Positions 10,786-22,699 of a stretch of DNA of 64,000 nucleotides are shown piece by piece. A model generated the notes under the pieces. The model made no database searches. It was given only the letters and a program-made list of their open reading frames with translations, and was not told the DNA's origin. The stretch comes from a virus. A program made the translations under genes and the position numbers. How positions within the stretch are numbered: the stretch's first letter is position 1; each line of letters opens with the position of its first letter. The stretch spans positions 1 through 64,000 of the IMG/VR virus record IMGVR_UViG_3300005098_000017. One strand, 5' to 3'.

Positions 10786-11364
10786 TTAACAACACAAAGA
10801 TTTTATATATCTGAATTCCTTTGCATAAATATATATTAAAGCTCCATCTCTCAGAGCATTTTTCAAATCAATGAAGCACCACTGCTTATCACCTACATTA
10901 ATAAATCCATTACCACATATAAAATTACCACATTTAGGACACTTATTCACCAAGTATTGCACCTCCAATATCTCTTCTGGTGTTGCAGAATACTTTTGGT
11001 ATATAGGAATATAACAAGGCTCTATTTTATAAAAAACAAATGGTGATGCGATAAGATGTGGTGGTACAAAGTCAATATCTTCAATTGAGGCTGGCGCTTC
11101 AGAACCATCAAACGCATTAGTAGTTAATAAATAGATGTTAACTCCACCCATATTAAGAAAGGTGATCATATTATCAAAGAATTTATCATAATCAAAGTTA
11201 ACAGCAGATTCTATTATCCTGTTAACATTAGATGATATAGGCTTCAACTTTAGTTTTCTTGTATCCTTACTTTCAGAAAATATAATGTAGTAATACATAT
11301 TAATGTCTTTCATTCTTTTGAAATATCGAAACAACTCTGAATCGATGATTAGTTGAGCGCACAA
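10786..11364 (-). CDS. hypothetical protein with C-terminal CxxC (paralog of 13976..14677)
   Basis: KCPKCG..GFINVGDKQWCFIDLKNAL..G.LIY resembles ECPKCH..GLFKIGKEVWCIYDLQDAI..GDFIF; true start may be 11298. Confidence 0.6.
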   Translation of the reverse strand: MCAQLIIDSELFRYFKRMKDINMYYYIIFSESKDTRKLKLKPISSNVNRIIESAVNFDYDKFFDNMITFLNMGGVNIYLLTTNAFDGSEAPASIEDIDFVPPHLIASPFVFYKIEPCYIPIYQKYSATPEEILEVQYLVNKCPKCGNFICGNGFINVGDKQWCFIDLKNALRDGALIYIYAKEFRYIKSLCC

Positions 11365-11890
11365 TACCTATCGTACCAACCAATTTGTACATATCTTTCC
11401 TATACATAGGAAGGATCTGATCAAGCCAACATAGGAAGCCACCGGGTTTCAACACAAACCACGCCTCCTTAACAACTTTGTTTCTATTTATCATAGGTGT
11501 GCCATAGTGTTCAGCATCCTCAGCTGTATACGGTGGATCGGCAAGAATCAAATCGAATTTTTCTGGCGGAAAGTACATAGATAATTCATGGGCATCACCC
11601 ACTATGTCTGGAAATAAATCAGGATTGATATCAAATGTTGTTTCGCGTTCATAATTCCATGTACCCTTCTCCACCTTCCCAGAAAACAGATGTAATATTT
11701 CTTTAGCATCGGGGAAAAGAGCATGGATCCTACGTAAGTACGATGGAGGATATTCGCCATAATATTTTGCCTTAGAACTATAATTGTTGCCAATCATCCA
11801 TATGCCATATAGCCAACCATGCGATACAACAACAGGTGGGTATTTCGGAAATTCTTTGGCATAGTTTTTTGCTCTTTCTTCTAGTGTCAT
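11300..11890 (-). CDS. amino (N6-A/N4-C) DNA methyltransferase
   Basis: Motif I LHLFSG, motif IV LADPPY, VLKPGG; RBS before the ATG at 11890. Confidence 0.8.
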   Translation of the reverse strand: MTLEERAKNYAKEFPKYPPVVVSHGWLYGIWMIGNNYSSKAKYYGEYPPSYLRRIHALFPDAKEILHLFSGKVEKGTWNYERETTFDINPDLFPDIVGDAHELSMYFPPEKFDLILADPPYTAEDAEHYGTPMINRNKVVKEAWFVLKPGGFLCWLDQILPMYRKDMYKLVGTIGIVRSTNHRFRVVSIFQKNERH

Positions 11891-13975
11891 ATTTCTCCTT
11901 TCCATTTTAATTGTATCCACTCACATTTCTCTTCATCGAAATATTTCTTATACTTTAATAGCATGATAACCGCCAATAACAATTGTTCATGTGTTTTAAA
12001 CTGCTTCCAGTATGATGGAGATATAGCTGGATCATAGTCCGTGTATTCGACAGTACTACTTTTGATAACATCGTAAATAAGGTATAACTCATCAACAGGC
12101 GCGGCTTCATTATAAGGATAAATTGTCCTGAATATCTCCATAAGTTGTGCCCATGTAGGCAACCAGACAGGATGACGCGATGACCATGAGTGCCCATTTA
12201 TCGGGGAGATACCAACATAAGCCTCGCCCTCATTACCATCGGGGTAGGTAATATGTTGTGGTTTATCGCTAGTAAGGATCCCATAATAACCCTGCGAACA
12301 CACAACATGATCACCGATGCGCGGCTTCCACCTGTTCTGTATTTCCTTCACATTGCACATCTTATAATACTTATCATTCACTCTCTATCTCCTCCTTCTC
12401 TTTTATAATAAAGCCAATATTATTACCGCTGACAACTAAACCAACAATTTCTTTGGTTTCTTCAACCTTCTTTATGAACTCCTCTATACCGTGGCATCTA
12501 TAATATGCCACAGCATCATATGCTTCACCTTCTTTTGAATTAATAAACCAGTAAACCTTTTCCATTGTTACCTCCTTTCTGTCCATGACAACCGGGCATA
12601 AGCCCATTTCCTTTACCTTGTTACTTCCTTTCCACAGAACCTACATCTATACACATATACCTCCTGTTTATCCCAACCGCCTAATGTGAGAACCTTTTTA
12701 TAGCGGCCGGTAAATTCCTTTCTTTCCCAGTAGTGTATGCACTCGTCAATAGAGTCCTCATCTATTATACGAACGGTACCATCATTTAGCATTGTCTTAG
12801 TAATAAACCAAGGGCGGCCCAACTCATAGCCATCGATTTCATCACTATAAACAACACGCGCCTTTACTTCATCTGTATCTTCATCAATCTTAAAATATTC
12901 GATTCTACCTTTTAATACTTTATTCTTATGCTTAACTTCTACAGGTGTAAGTTCATCAAGACCCGTCTCCTCTTTAAATTCCTTTATCATCTGCTGTTTA
13001 AGCTCTGCTATTGTCACACTACACCTCCTTTTCTTCTTTGTTGATATCAAACAATTTCTCCAATGAGTATTTTTTCAAGATATTATTTACCATTTCCAAA
13101 AATCCAATGGTCAATCCTATCATTCCACTAATAGCTCTTGCTATGAACCAACAAGCTAATCCCAAGCCTGATAGTAATAAGATTCCTATCGCAAAATCCA
13201 TCATTTCTCCTTATCGGAAAATGCATGATTTACATCCTCAACCCACGCATGAATAGCTTCCAATGCTTCCTTATATTCCTCATCAGGGATTTCTATATTA
13301 TAACCCAAGCACTCTTTCAGATCATTGATGGTCTTAATATTACACAAAGTATCATAAGTATATAGAACCTGTTGGTCCCTATCATGAACCTTTTTGTGCA
13401 ATATAAATAATAATTGATCATCCTTAGGCAAGCCATCATTCATGCCGTCCCAATAAATGTACCAGTTCGAATAACTCCACCTAAGATATGCCATACTCCT
13501 TTCTCCCTTTAATCTGTATATGGTTCAACAATCTTCACATACCAATGAGAGCACTTGCCGGGCTTCCACTTAGGATGTGCTTGTTTTATCATTTCAGTCG
13601 TTGGTCCTACTGGTTCGCATACCTCCAATCTAGTCTCCCACCAACCTTCAAGTGATTCATTAAAATCCTCTACAAATAACTTAGCTAAAGACTTCACCTC
13701 TTCCTCCGTTAGATCAGGATAGAAAATGGCTCCATCAGTTAACATTCCTTCTGTCCTGCATGTTATATAGGCTTCATAAATCGTATCAGCATAACGCTTA
13801 TTGCTAGTATGAATATCAATTTCTATGATCCTTTTCATTCTTCTTTTCGTCAATGTTCAACAACTTTCTTAATTCCTCTATGGCCTCTTCTGCAAGTCTC
13901 TTCCCAAATAATTCAGGATCCTCTTCGATCTCCAATTCCTCCTCGTCATCAGGAAGGTATTCATTTTTAAACTCT

Positions 13976-14677
13976 TCAATAGACTTGAATACCTTCTCCT
14001 TTTTCTTTCTTCTTTTCGACATCCTCACCTCCTTGTCCAAGGACTGTTGACTCTAAACAAGATGGGCGTTCCGAAATTAAGAAAATGAAGTCGCCATGTT
14101 CTATGGCATCTTGAAGGTCATAAATGCACCAAACCTCTTTACCAATTTTAAAGAGTCCTCTTTCCATGGGTACCAATATATGACATTTTGGACACTCTAT
14201 AACACTCGGCATACCCGGTACATATATAATAAGATCATCTGAGGAATCAAAATCAATGGTCTGTGTGTCAGTTGAATCAGATGTGTATGTACCTGTGTCA
14301 TACCAAACATGGTAGTTAGTACCATCATCATTATAACTATTAAAGGGCACATAATCATCAAAAGGTACAAATGGCACAATAGGATATGCTCTTAGTGGAA
14401 AAGCTAGCATATGAGAGGGTAATTTAATATCTACCTCACCCTCAAAAACATCCCTTGTAAGTAAATATGCAGCAAATCCATTTTTATACCTATCAAGCGC
14501 ATTCCGTAGTGAATGCACAAATACAGACACATGCTCTCTGAAGCGGCATGTGAATTCTCGCATTAAGCCGCGCAGTTCAGGAACATTAGTATCAATAATT
14601 GCTATATGCTCTCTGGAAGGCGAGTTTTTGTTATAACCAATTATCACATAAGGCATAAGCGCGTCATCACTTTGCAT
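13976..14677 (-). CDS. hypothetical protein with CxxC (paralog of 10786..11364)
   Basis: RBS AGGGAGGT; shared C-terminal domain. Confidence 0.65.
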   Translation of the reverse strand: MQSDDALMPYVIIGYNKNSPSREHIAIIDTNVPELRGLMREFTCRFREHVSVFVHSLRNALDRYKNGFAAYLLTRDVFEGEVDIKLPSHMLAFPLRAYPIVPFVPFDDYVPFNSYNDDGTNYHVWYDTGTYTSDSTDTQTIDFDSSDDLIIYVPGMPSVIECPKCHILVPMERGLFKIGKEVWCIYDLQDAIEHGDFIFLISERPSCLESTVLGQGGEDVEKKKEKGEGIQVY

Positions 14678-16489
14678 GTTTACCTCCCTTTGTTAGTAAT
14701 CTCCTATTTCAAGGTAATATGTTTGCCAGCGGTAATTAATGGTGTCATTATAGTCATTAATGAATTTTTTGATGGTGATATTAAGCCCGCCGACTTCACT
14801 TTTATTAACATCTGACACAAATATATACGGTGGATATATAACATTATCCGGTATTGAACCTTGCTTTGAAAAAGCACTAAGCGCGTGCTTAAAATAATTT
14901 CTTGCTACATTCGGTGTAACAATACCACCAGCATCTTCATAAGATGTAGGATGAGCATAATTTATATAGTCATATCCAAAATACATCATCTCCGATTCTA
15001 TCTGTACTCTGTAAGCAAGATCTAATAGAACCATATTTTCATAGAAGATATCCATAAGATAGATAACATCATTCACAAATTTCCCTTTATGATATGTTTC
15101 TATATGATGATCATGTATGTCTGGTGGCAATTCTAGCTCATATCGCCAACCCATAACACCACCAGCTATGATCCTTAATGATGGTAATACAGATTCATCG
15201 ATTAGGTATTCAATTACCTCTTTACCAAAGTTAATATCCTCTATTTTGGGTGGGTAGAAAACAACACATTCTGAGTAGGAAGAAAAAGGACTTTCTTTCA
15301 TTTCAACATCTATGGAATGGGGTTGGATTTCCTCTCCCTCGGATGTAGTAACTGATTCTATAATGAAGTGCCTCTTTTCTTTATTTATAGGAATCATAAT
15401 ATTCATTCACCCTCCTTTGTGTTTTGTTGAAGCATTCTCTTTACATCGCCCAATGTCAAGTTTTCGGAGATCCAGCGCACCTTTTTTCCTTTATTTATTA
15501 AATGAATTATTTCGGTTTTGTCAAGTAGAAGAAGCCGCGGCTTCTTCCCCTTCTCATATAAAATAGCCCAGCGCATACCTTTGCGAAAAAACATTAGCGT
15601 CTCTACCTCCTAAATAGTCTTGCTATTGATAAAGCACGGCTAATCTTTCTTACTGTACTTGGCATATAGTTATAGCGTCCGATATTCGTCAAACCTATAT
15701 TAATAAGCACCGCACCGAAAAATATCAATAAGTAATCGAGAGGTTTTATTTTCATCGAATTATTACTACTTTGCCTGATCTTATAATGAGGCTTATACCT
15801 CCTTAATTCTCCCATTTCTCCTCCTTTTTATAGTTATATCAAGAGTATTAATAAGCCACTCCCTTCAAACTGACATATAACTTCCTATAAATAATTGTAT
15901 ATCATCAGGTAAATTTTCGATCGCATTCCACCGTACATCGGCCGCGCTACCACTTTCGGGCACATAAACAATGTACTTATTATCGACCCATATCTCAGGC
16001 AAGATTTCCTTACCATATGTGAAGTCGGTTGCAAGTCGTTCAACGGCTTCAGGGATTTCACCATTATCAAGATCCTTTGTTAGCTGAGTCTTAACTTCAT
16101 ACATCACAAGGGCAATAAGATCTGAAAAATCGTTCATTGTGCACCTCCTATGATATCAATCTCTTTGATCATATCCTTTTTAATTCTCATATAACCTCTT
16201 GTTGGTTCTCCATTAATACGACCATTTTCAACAATTGCATATGTCAATTTTCGCTCCGGATGTGAATCATATGGCTCAATAACATAATCTTCAAACTCGC
16301 AACATGCGTTTTCCTCAATGGTCTGGACGAGATCATTTGCATCTACTCCACATTCTTTAGTATAATATTCAATGTCTTCGCTACCAGTTTCCACTATAGC
16401 ATATCTAGCTTCCTCTATTATCCATTCAATCTTATCTGTTTCGATTATTGCACCATTATTCAATGTGATTCTAATCATAATTACCTCCT

Positions 16490-16834
16490 TTACCTTTTTA
16501 ATGATTTGAACTCATTAGGATCAGGCTTCTCAAATGTTATTGACCATCCCTTCTGTGGTTTAACATTAGGCCAGCGCTTCCTATCAAGAACATGAATCCT
16601 CTTATGCACGAAATCAATAAATGCTATCCAGTTTCTCCTGTAACCAAGGTCCTCAAATAACCATACGATATCCTTCGACTGAACTGCACCAGCTCGCACA
16701 AGTGAAGCCCATATTGACTTTGTAAAAGGATTCTGCCGTGCAACAATCATTCTTCCATTCCGGACGGAGAGCTTCTTTGTATCGGTCCTAACCTCCTTTA
16801 TAGCTTTTCTTATCCATTCTGTTAACGATAACAT
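16490..16834 (-). CDS. hypothetical protein (paralog of 49856..50221)
   Basis: QNPFTKSIWASLVRAG..DIVWLF vs QNPEKSSQWARLVRSG..DIVWFF. Confidence 0.7.
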   Translation of the reverse strand: MLSLTEWIRKAIKEVRTDTKKLSVRNGRMIVARQNPFTKSIWASLVRAGAVQSKDIVWLFEDLGYRRNWIAFIDFVHKRIHVLDRKRWPNVKPQKGWSITFEKPDPNEFKSLKR

Positions 16835-18239
16835 TTTAAACCTCCTTTTTGCTCCCCATCAACTCATCAACAATGGTTTTTAAACTAATCCAATAAAGCG
16901 ACTCAAGATATACATTAGCCATTTTCTCTGCTATGTATTCGAGATCCGCTTCATCCAGTTTATCGATGAATTCAAGCGCGGCTTCATCACCTGCATATAT
17001 TTCACGTATGTCATCTTTGCATAGCCTTGTAATAACAACACAATCCTCCATTTAGATCCTCCTGTTTACTCTTATTACATACTCTTTTTCATTGTAATTT
17101 AATCTTTTCTACTGTTTCTTCATTATTTATACTATTTATTATCTTAGCCAATTCTGGTTCTTTATTAATCGTTGCTTCAGCTTGTTCAACAAGATCATCA
17201 TCTACACCATAATGATGCGCTGTATATATGACACACAAGAGATCACCTAATTCTCTTCGTTCCATTCCAATACACTTTGCTATTTTCCATGCCACATCAA
17301 AGGCACTATCTCTATCATAATGCATGGCAATATATATACCTAAATACCCTACATATTTCATTTCATCTCCTTTGCTTCTCTCACTATCAAATAATGATGA
17401 TCTCTTAGAAATCATAGAAACATCATCTTTCTAGTTGCAACCTAATCTTTCACTCATTTTTTTTTTAACCTAATAGCAAACCGCAACAATTGCTCAGCTA
17501 TGGTAAACACATCATCGTCCTCTTCAATCTTCACTATTGCATAGCCCTGTTCGGATAATAGATCCGTCATGCATTCACCGCATAAGCCCGCCTCTTCATT
17601 TTGTATAAGCCGGCGGGCTTCCTCCTCCGTATCAGCAATAACACATGCATGTGAAGCTGGCCACCGGCAGTAATTACATTTCCATCCCTCCTCCATCGGA
17701 ATCTTGAAGAGCTTCGAAATGTACATCATCGACCTCCTTTAGATTGGGCTTTCCCTTTGATTCAACTATGATTATATGATCAGGAGGGTCCAGCCTTTTT
17801 AATCGCTCTTTATTTTTTCTATAGACAGATAGAGCCTTCGCCTTGGCTTCACTCCCATTTTTTGCTTCTACAGGAATCTCATAAGCATCCCTTACCTCAA
17901 TTACATATACTATATGTTTTGACATTATTAACCTCACATGTTCCGTAGTGCTCTGCAAACAGATATGACAATACCTCTTTCTACATCGACCTTATCAATA
18001 GGATTGCGTTTTGCTACTCCTATAGCCGATGCATTTCGACCTCGCCTCTTAAGCCGCGCCACAGTAAAGTTACCTTGGATGTTGATCTCGCAGCTGCTAT
18101 AATTACTTAGTTTCTTAAGCAGGCGGCTTTTCTTATGCTGCTTTCTCACTCTCTCCTGGATAAGTCTTTTCACATCATCGACTGAAAGGATTATTCTTGT
18201 TACCTTCATAATCCCTCCTTTCTCTTTTGTTTTTTTTGT

Positions 18240-18252
18240 TCATTAAATTGAC
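18240..18252 (-). promoter_or_regulatory. putative phage promoter GTCAAT-N4-TG(A)
   Basis: Intergenic, followed by an A-run. Confidence 0.55.
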
Positions 18253-19127
18253 GGCTACTATTTTTCTTTTCCGTTAATCACTTTAATCTCGGTTTCATCA
18301 TTATGAAGAACCATCATTAACTCATCCCAATAATCTGGACGTGATTCTGGGTTTTCATATCCTTGTATTAATTCTTTAAAGCTAAAACCGATAAAACCTG
18401 TATTAGTAGCAACAAGAAACACCATGTCATCGGGTTTGATATACATTACTTACCTCCCGTATTATTGTTTAATTCTCACTAATTTCTTACAATCTTTTGG
18501 TAGCATTATGATAAGTGGATATTTGAAGCCCGCACCCGTAACATTACCTCTTAGCACCTTACATTCATAATTTCCATCAGGCATAATTACAGCACATACG
18601 ACTAATTCAGTTCCCTTTTTTAGTTTTATTGAACCAGATGCAGAACCACTAATCTTTAATATAAGCTCATTTTTAAGAAGTAATCTTGTTCCTATATCGA
18701 TAGGCGCCGGCTTCTTCTTACTAGCCTTCTTCACTGTCTCTACTATATGAGCCGTCCTTTTCTTTGCTTTTGCCTTCTTTGGGCGCCTCATGCTTTCCTC
18801 CAACCTAAATATTTAATAATATAATCAACAATATCAGTTAATAGAACATTAAATTCATCTGCCTCCTCATCGGCACTTATTATAGAAATTATATCCTTTA
18901 TTGGAATATAGACATATTCCACCCTCAATACACCACCACCAGTATACTCATCGGGGTCATAGTACATAAACATATAGCTATCATAACTTAAGGGATATGT
19001 GGAAACGTTACTAGATGGTGTGTAATCCATAGCCAAGTTCGCCACAATATGCCGCTCCAGATGCTCATCAGGAAATACATAAATGCCATTTTCTGTCCAC
19101 GCAATTGTTAAGTTTGATGCTTTCATG

Positions 19128-20489
19128 TTACACCTCCTTTATGCCAAGTGCAAATGTTAACGTATCTGTTTTATCATCAACCTTATAAAACCCAGTTCTC
19201 ACATTAAAGTCAATAATCCCATTTACAACCTCACGGAGATACTCCATAATAAGATCTTTATCAATGTCCTGAGATATATCAGCAACAACAAGCTCATCAC
19301 AGTTTTTACAATAACTCTCGCAGGCTTCCCTTATATCATTTCGTGTAATCACCGCTACTATAGGATTAGTTGAGCTATTCAGATATATTTCTGTGACATT
19401 ACCATCTGTATCCATAAGGTGCGCCTTACCATTACCATCTTCGTATATTTTAACTACTCGCCACTTATCACTCATTATGATCCTCCTTCTTTAATTCACT
19501 TCTTAAATAATAACAACCATCATCATATACAATATTTTCATCACCAAATAGTCGTGATTCAACGAAACTACCGAATGAATCATATATATTTCCATCATTC
19601 AAACATTCTGTAAGCAAATATTTCAACAACTTTTCACTACATTCAGGATAAAATCTCTTTAATGCTTTAAGAGTAATTGCGATACCAACAACTTCTTCAT
19701 CGTCAGTATCAAAATTATCCACAACCTTTGCATATGCTACACGGTGTCCTTGTATATCCTCGATAACAATTAAATCATTTACCTCTTTAACCTTCACTAC
19801 TTTCCACTCATCCACTTTTAACCTCCCTCTTCATCCTTTTTTGGCCTCCTCACATGCAATATGGTATGTATAACTTACCATATGCTCCCATAAGTCGTGC
19901 CACATATCACTAAGAAGCCGCGCCGCTATATGCCGAAGGAACATGTCTGTTTCCTTATCTGTTAGCTCTCTATCGAGAAGACTATTGCTATTCAATTCAT
20001 CCTTACCGATAGCAAGAAGATTAACAACATGACCGCCGCGCTTCAATATAGCACATTCATACTTATTACCATTAACATCTTCAAGTTCAAATTTCGTACC
20101 ACTCCTCCATTTTATTTTGACAACATTCCATCCATCCATTTTGATTACCCCGGTAGTTCAATATTATATTTTTCTGCAGCATCTTCAATGCCAGCCCATA
20201 ATACATGCTCTAAATTCTTATATATTGGATTTAATATGTCATCTAATATATCACCAACATATTCTAATACGTAATCCGCAAAATCATCACTAATATCCAT
20301 ATCTACTGTCTCTCTTATATACTCCTTATTAACAAGTGTCAATCCTACAGTCCTGTCATTACGTTTGATTATTTGACACAGACACCTCTCTCCATCGATG
20401 AACTCTATCCTAAATACCGTATCAGAAATCTTCTTTATTTTTGCTATCTTCCACTCATCCATTTTAATCCTCCACCTTCTCAGGTTCAC
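19128..20489 (-). other. four tandem paralogous genes (M-D-x-W-[KRN]-[VI]-[VA]-K-[IV] N-terminus)
   Basis: ORFs 19128..19475, 19468..19815, 19831..20139 and 20145..20462 share the N-terminal motif. Confidence 0.7.
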
Positions 20490-22135
20490 CTATGGCAATA
20501 TGAGCGAAGATCCAATCAGCTGCCTGCTCTATGGCAAGCATTTCGTTGGCGGCTTCAACCTCTAAATATCCCTTTACTTCGATGTCATCTATTGCATTTG
20601 TAGCTATACCCCAAGGGATCTTAAACTTCATGACTCACCTCCTTAAATTTTGATTCAAGCCATTCGAGACATTTCTGAGAATGAAAATAATTCCATACAC
20701 AATTGGGGATTCTATCAAATTGAGTTGTTGGTTCTAAACTTATAATCTTATGCTCAGGGTTGTACCATATAAGAAAGACTTCACGGTCAAGAAGTTTCCA
20801 TATGCATTTATCAATTTTTCTGTTGCTGCTTTCTAACTTATCATAAAATAATTTATTAACAAGGTAATAGTAATTACTCCCATCTTTCACCTTCATCATT
20901 ACACTTCTCCTCCTTTTTATTCAGCTCTTCAACACAAAAAACTGCCGCCGAACCAAGTACGAAGATAAGCATTGCTATATTGTGAAGCTTCTGCATGTCA
21001 ACTTTATTTCTATCCTTTCTATCACGAATATAACTATCTATAGCAACAAACAGTGCTTCTACAGGTTCAACATTGTTGCGGCAAGCTGTTTTAAATAGGT
21101 CAATGGACGGATTATCTAAATAACGCTCCCAATCTCTCCATGACATAATGTCCTCCTTTTAAACCGTTACGAATTGCGAAACTAACTCTTTTAATGATCC
21201 CTCTTCTATTATGTACCCATTATAATTAGCAACTATGACATACCAATTCATGGGGTCACTTCGATCGCGTGATGGATACGCGTGTGGTGGATACACAAAA
21301 TATAAATACTCTACATCTCCATGCAAATAGGGCTCTAGTTTTCCAAGTGGTACATACCTCGAACCATCATTATCAGTAGTTGGTGGATCGGCATCAAAAA
21401 CAACAGCCGTAAATCCATATCCCAATGTTAATTCTGATCCTATTCCTTTTTCTTGCTTACACCAATAAACCCAGTTTGCAGCCATATATTCACCATTAAA
21501 TCGCTTACACCAATACTTATCTTCATCTAACCATTTATTAAATCGAAGAAGCCGCGATACTATTCCATATTCCCCTTCTGGGTACCCATCTGAATGTACA
21601 TATGTTATATATGCATTATCGTACTCTCCTATTCTATCGACAAAAACTACATGACATCTTGTGGACATTATTACCTCCTTTTTTCGATGGGGCAGCCCCG
21701 AAGGACTGCCCCTGCACGAAAGGAGCCATCATGAGGATGGACACTTAAGGACTATGTAATCTAGATAAACTATACAATTTAAGCTTTACACTTGCCTCAT
21801 CAATAATCCATAATGGCTCCTCCATCTCACCATAATCAGGATTAACAATAATCCTAAAATGAAGCTCGCCTATTTTATTGCCTGCTTCATCCTTCAAAAT
21901 AGCAATAAGATTCTTCCTAGCATAATATGCTGGATCCCAATTCCAATTATCAGACCAAGGAAAAACAATGACATCAAGAACAGATTCCAACCTAGGTTCC
22001 ATATCCAGAGCTCTGTTCCATATCTCTTCCTCTATCAACTCATATATATGTCCCATTATCACCTCCTTTGCAAAATCAGCTGAGGTGACCCACGAAGGGC
22101 CACCCCAGCCTGTACGGAGCTGCCATGAGGAGTGC

Positions 22136-22681
22136 TTAGAAGCCTACATCATCATCCATATCCTTCGGAAACGGAGGTTCTTCATCAAATTCCTCTTCGT
22201 CCTCCTCACCCACAGGAAGCTCATCCTTCTCTTCATCCTCGATATCCTCATCTGCGCTCGCGCTTGTACGCCCATTATACGGTCTCTCACGGATAAGATC
22301 CCTTATTGTCTCATCGAGATACAGATAGAGTAAATAGAGCTCATGTGAATCAAGAGGGAAGGCCAGCTTCTTCGCTTTCTTCTTGCCTGTCTTCTTGCTG
22401 ATCGTCAGGAAGAAGGTATCTTTATAGAGACCAAAGGATAGCACGCTACTTCCCTTACCGCCAGCAAGAGATGCATCGTGTATGAAGCGGACCTTCTTAC
22501 CTTTTCGGACGCCAAGAGCCAGCTGGGCGGCTTCTGTTAACCCAAGCTTCATCGTTAATCCGTCATCCATGTTGAAGCCGTCGCCCTCCTCATCAGCAGG
22601 GTACAGAGACAGGTAAATACTGCGGTCCTCCACTCTAGCATTGGCTCTGAGATACACAGACTTTTTGAAAAGACTCAACAT
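22136..22681 (-). CDS. putative ssDNA-binding protein (Whirly-like) with acidic tail
   Basis: KLGLTEAAQL..FIHD and PLDSHELYLL repeats resemble the Whirly fold; C-terminus EEEFDEEPPF..DDDVGF. Confidence 0.5.
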   Translation of the reverse strand: MLSLFKKSVYLRANARVEDRSIYLSLYPADEEGDGFNMDDGLTMKLGLTEAAQLALGVRKGKKVRFIHDASLAGGKGSSVLSFGLYKDTFFLTISKKTGKKKAKKLAFPLDSHELYLLYLYLDETIRDLIRERPYNGRTSASADEDIEDEEKDELPVGEEDEEEFDEEPPFPKDMDDDVGF

Positions 22682-22699
22682 AATAACACCTCCTTTAGG

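Larger units (their letters stand above)
11887..21668 (-). other. dense run of about 28 small hypothetical phage genes
   Basis: Abutting or overlapping 60-240 aa ORFs, most with an AGGAGG RBS. Confidence 0.75.
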
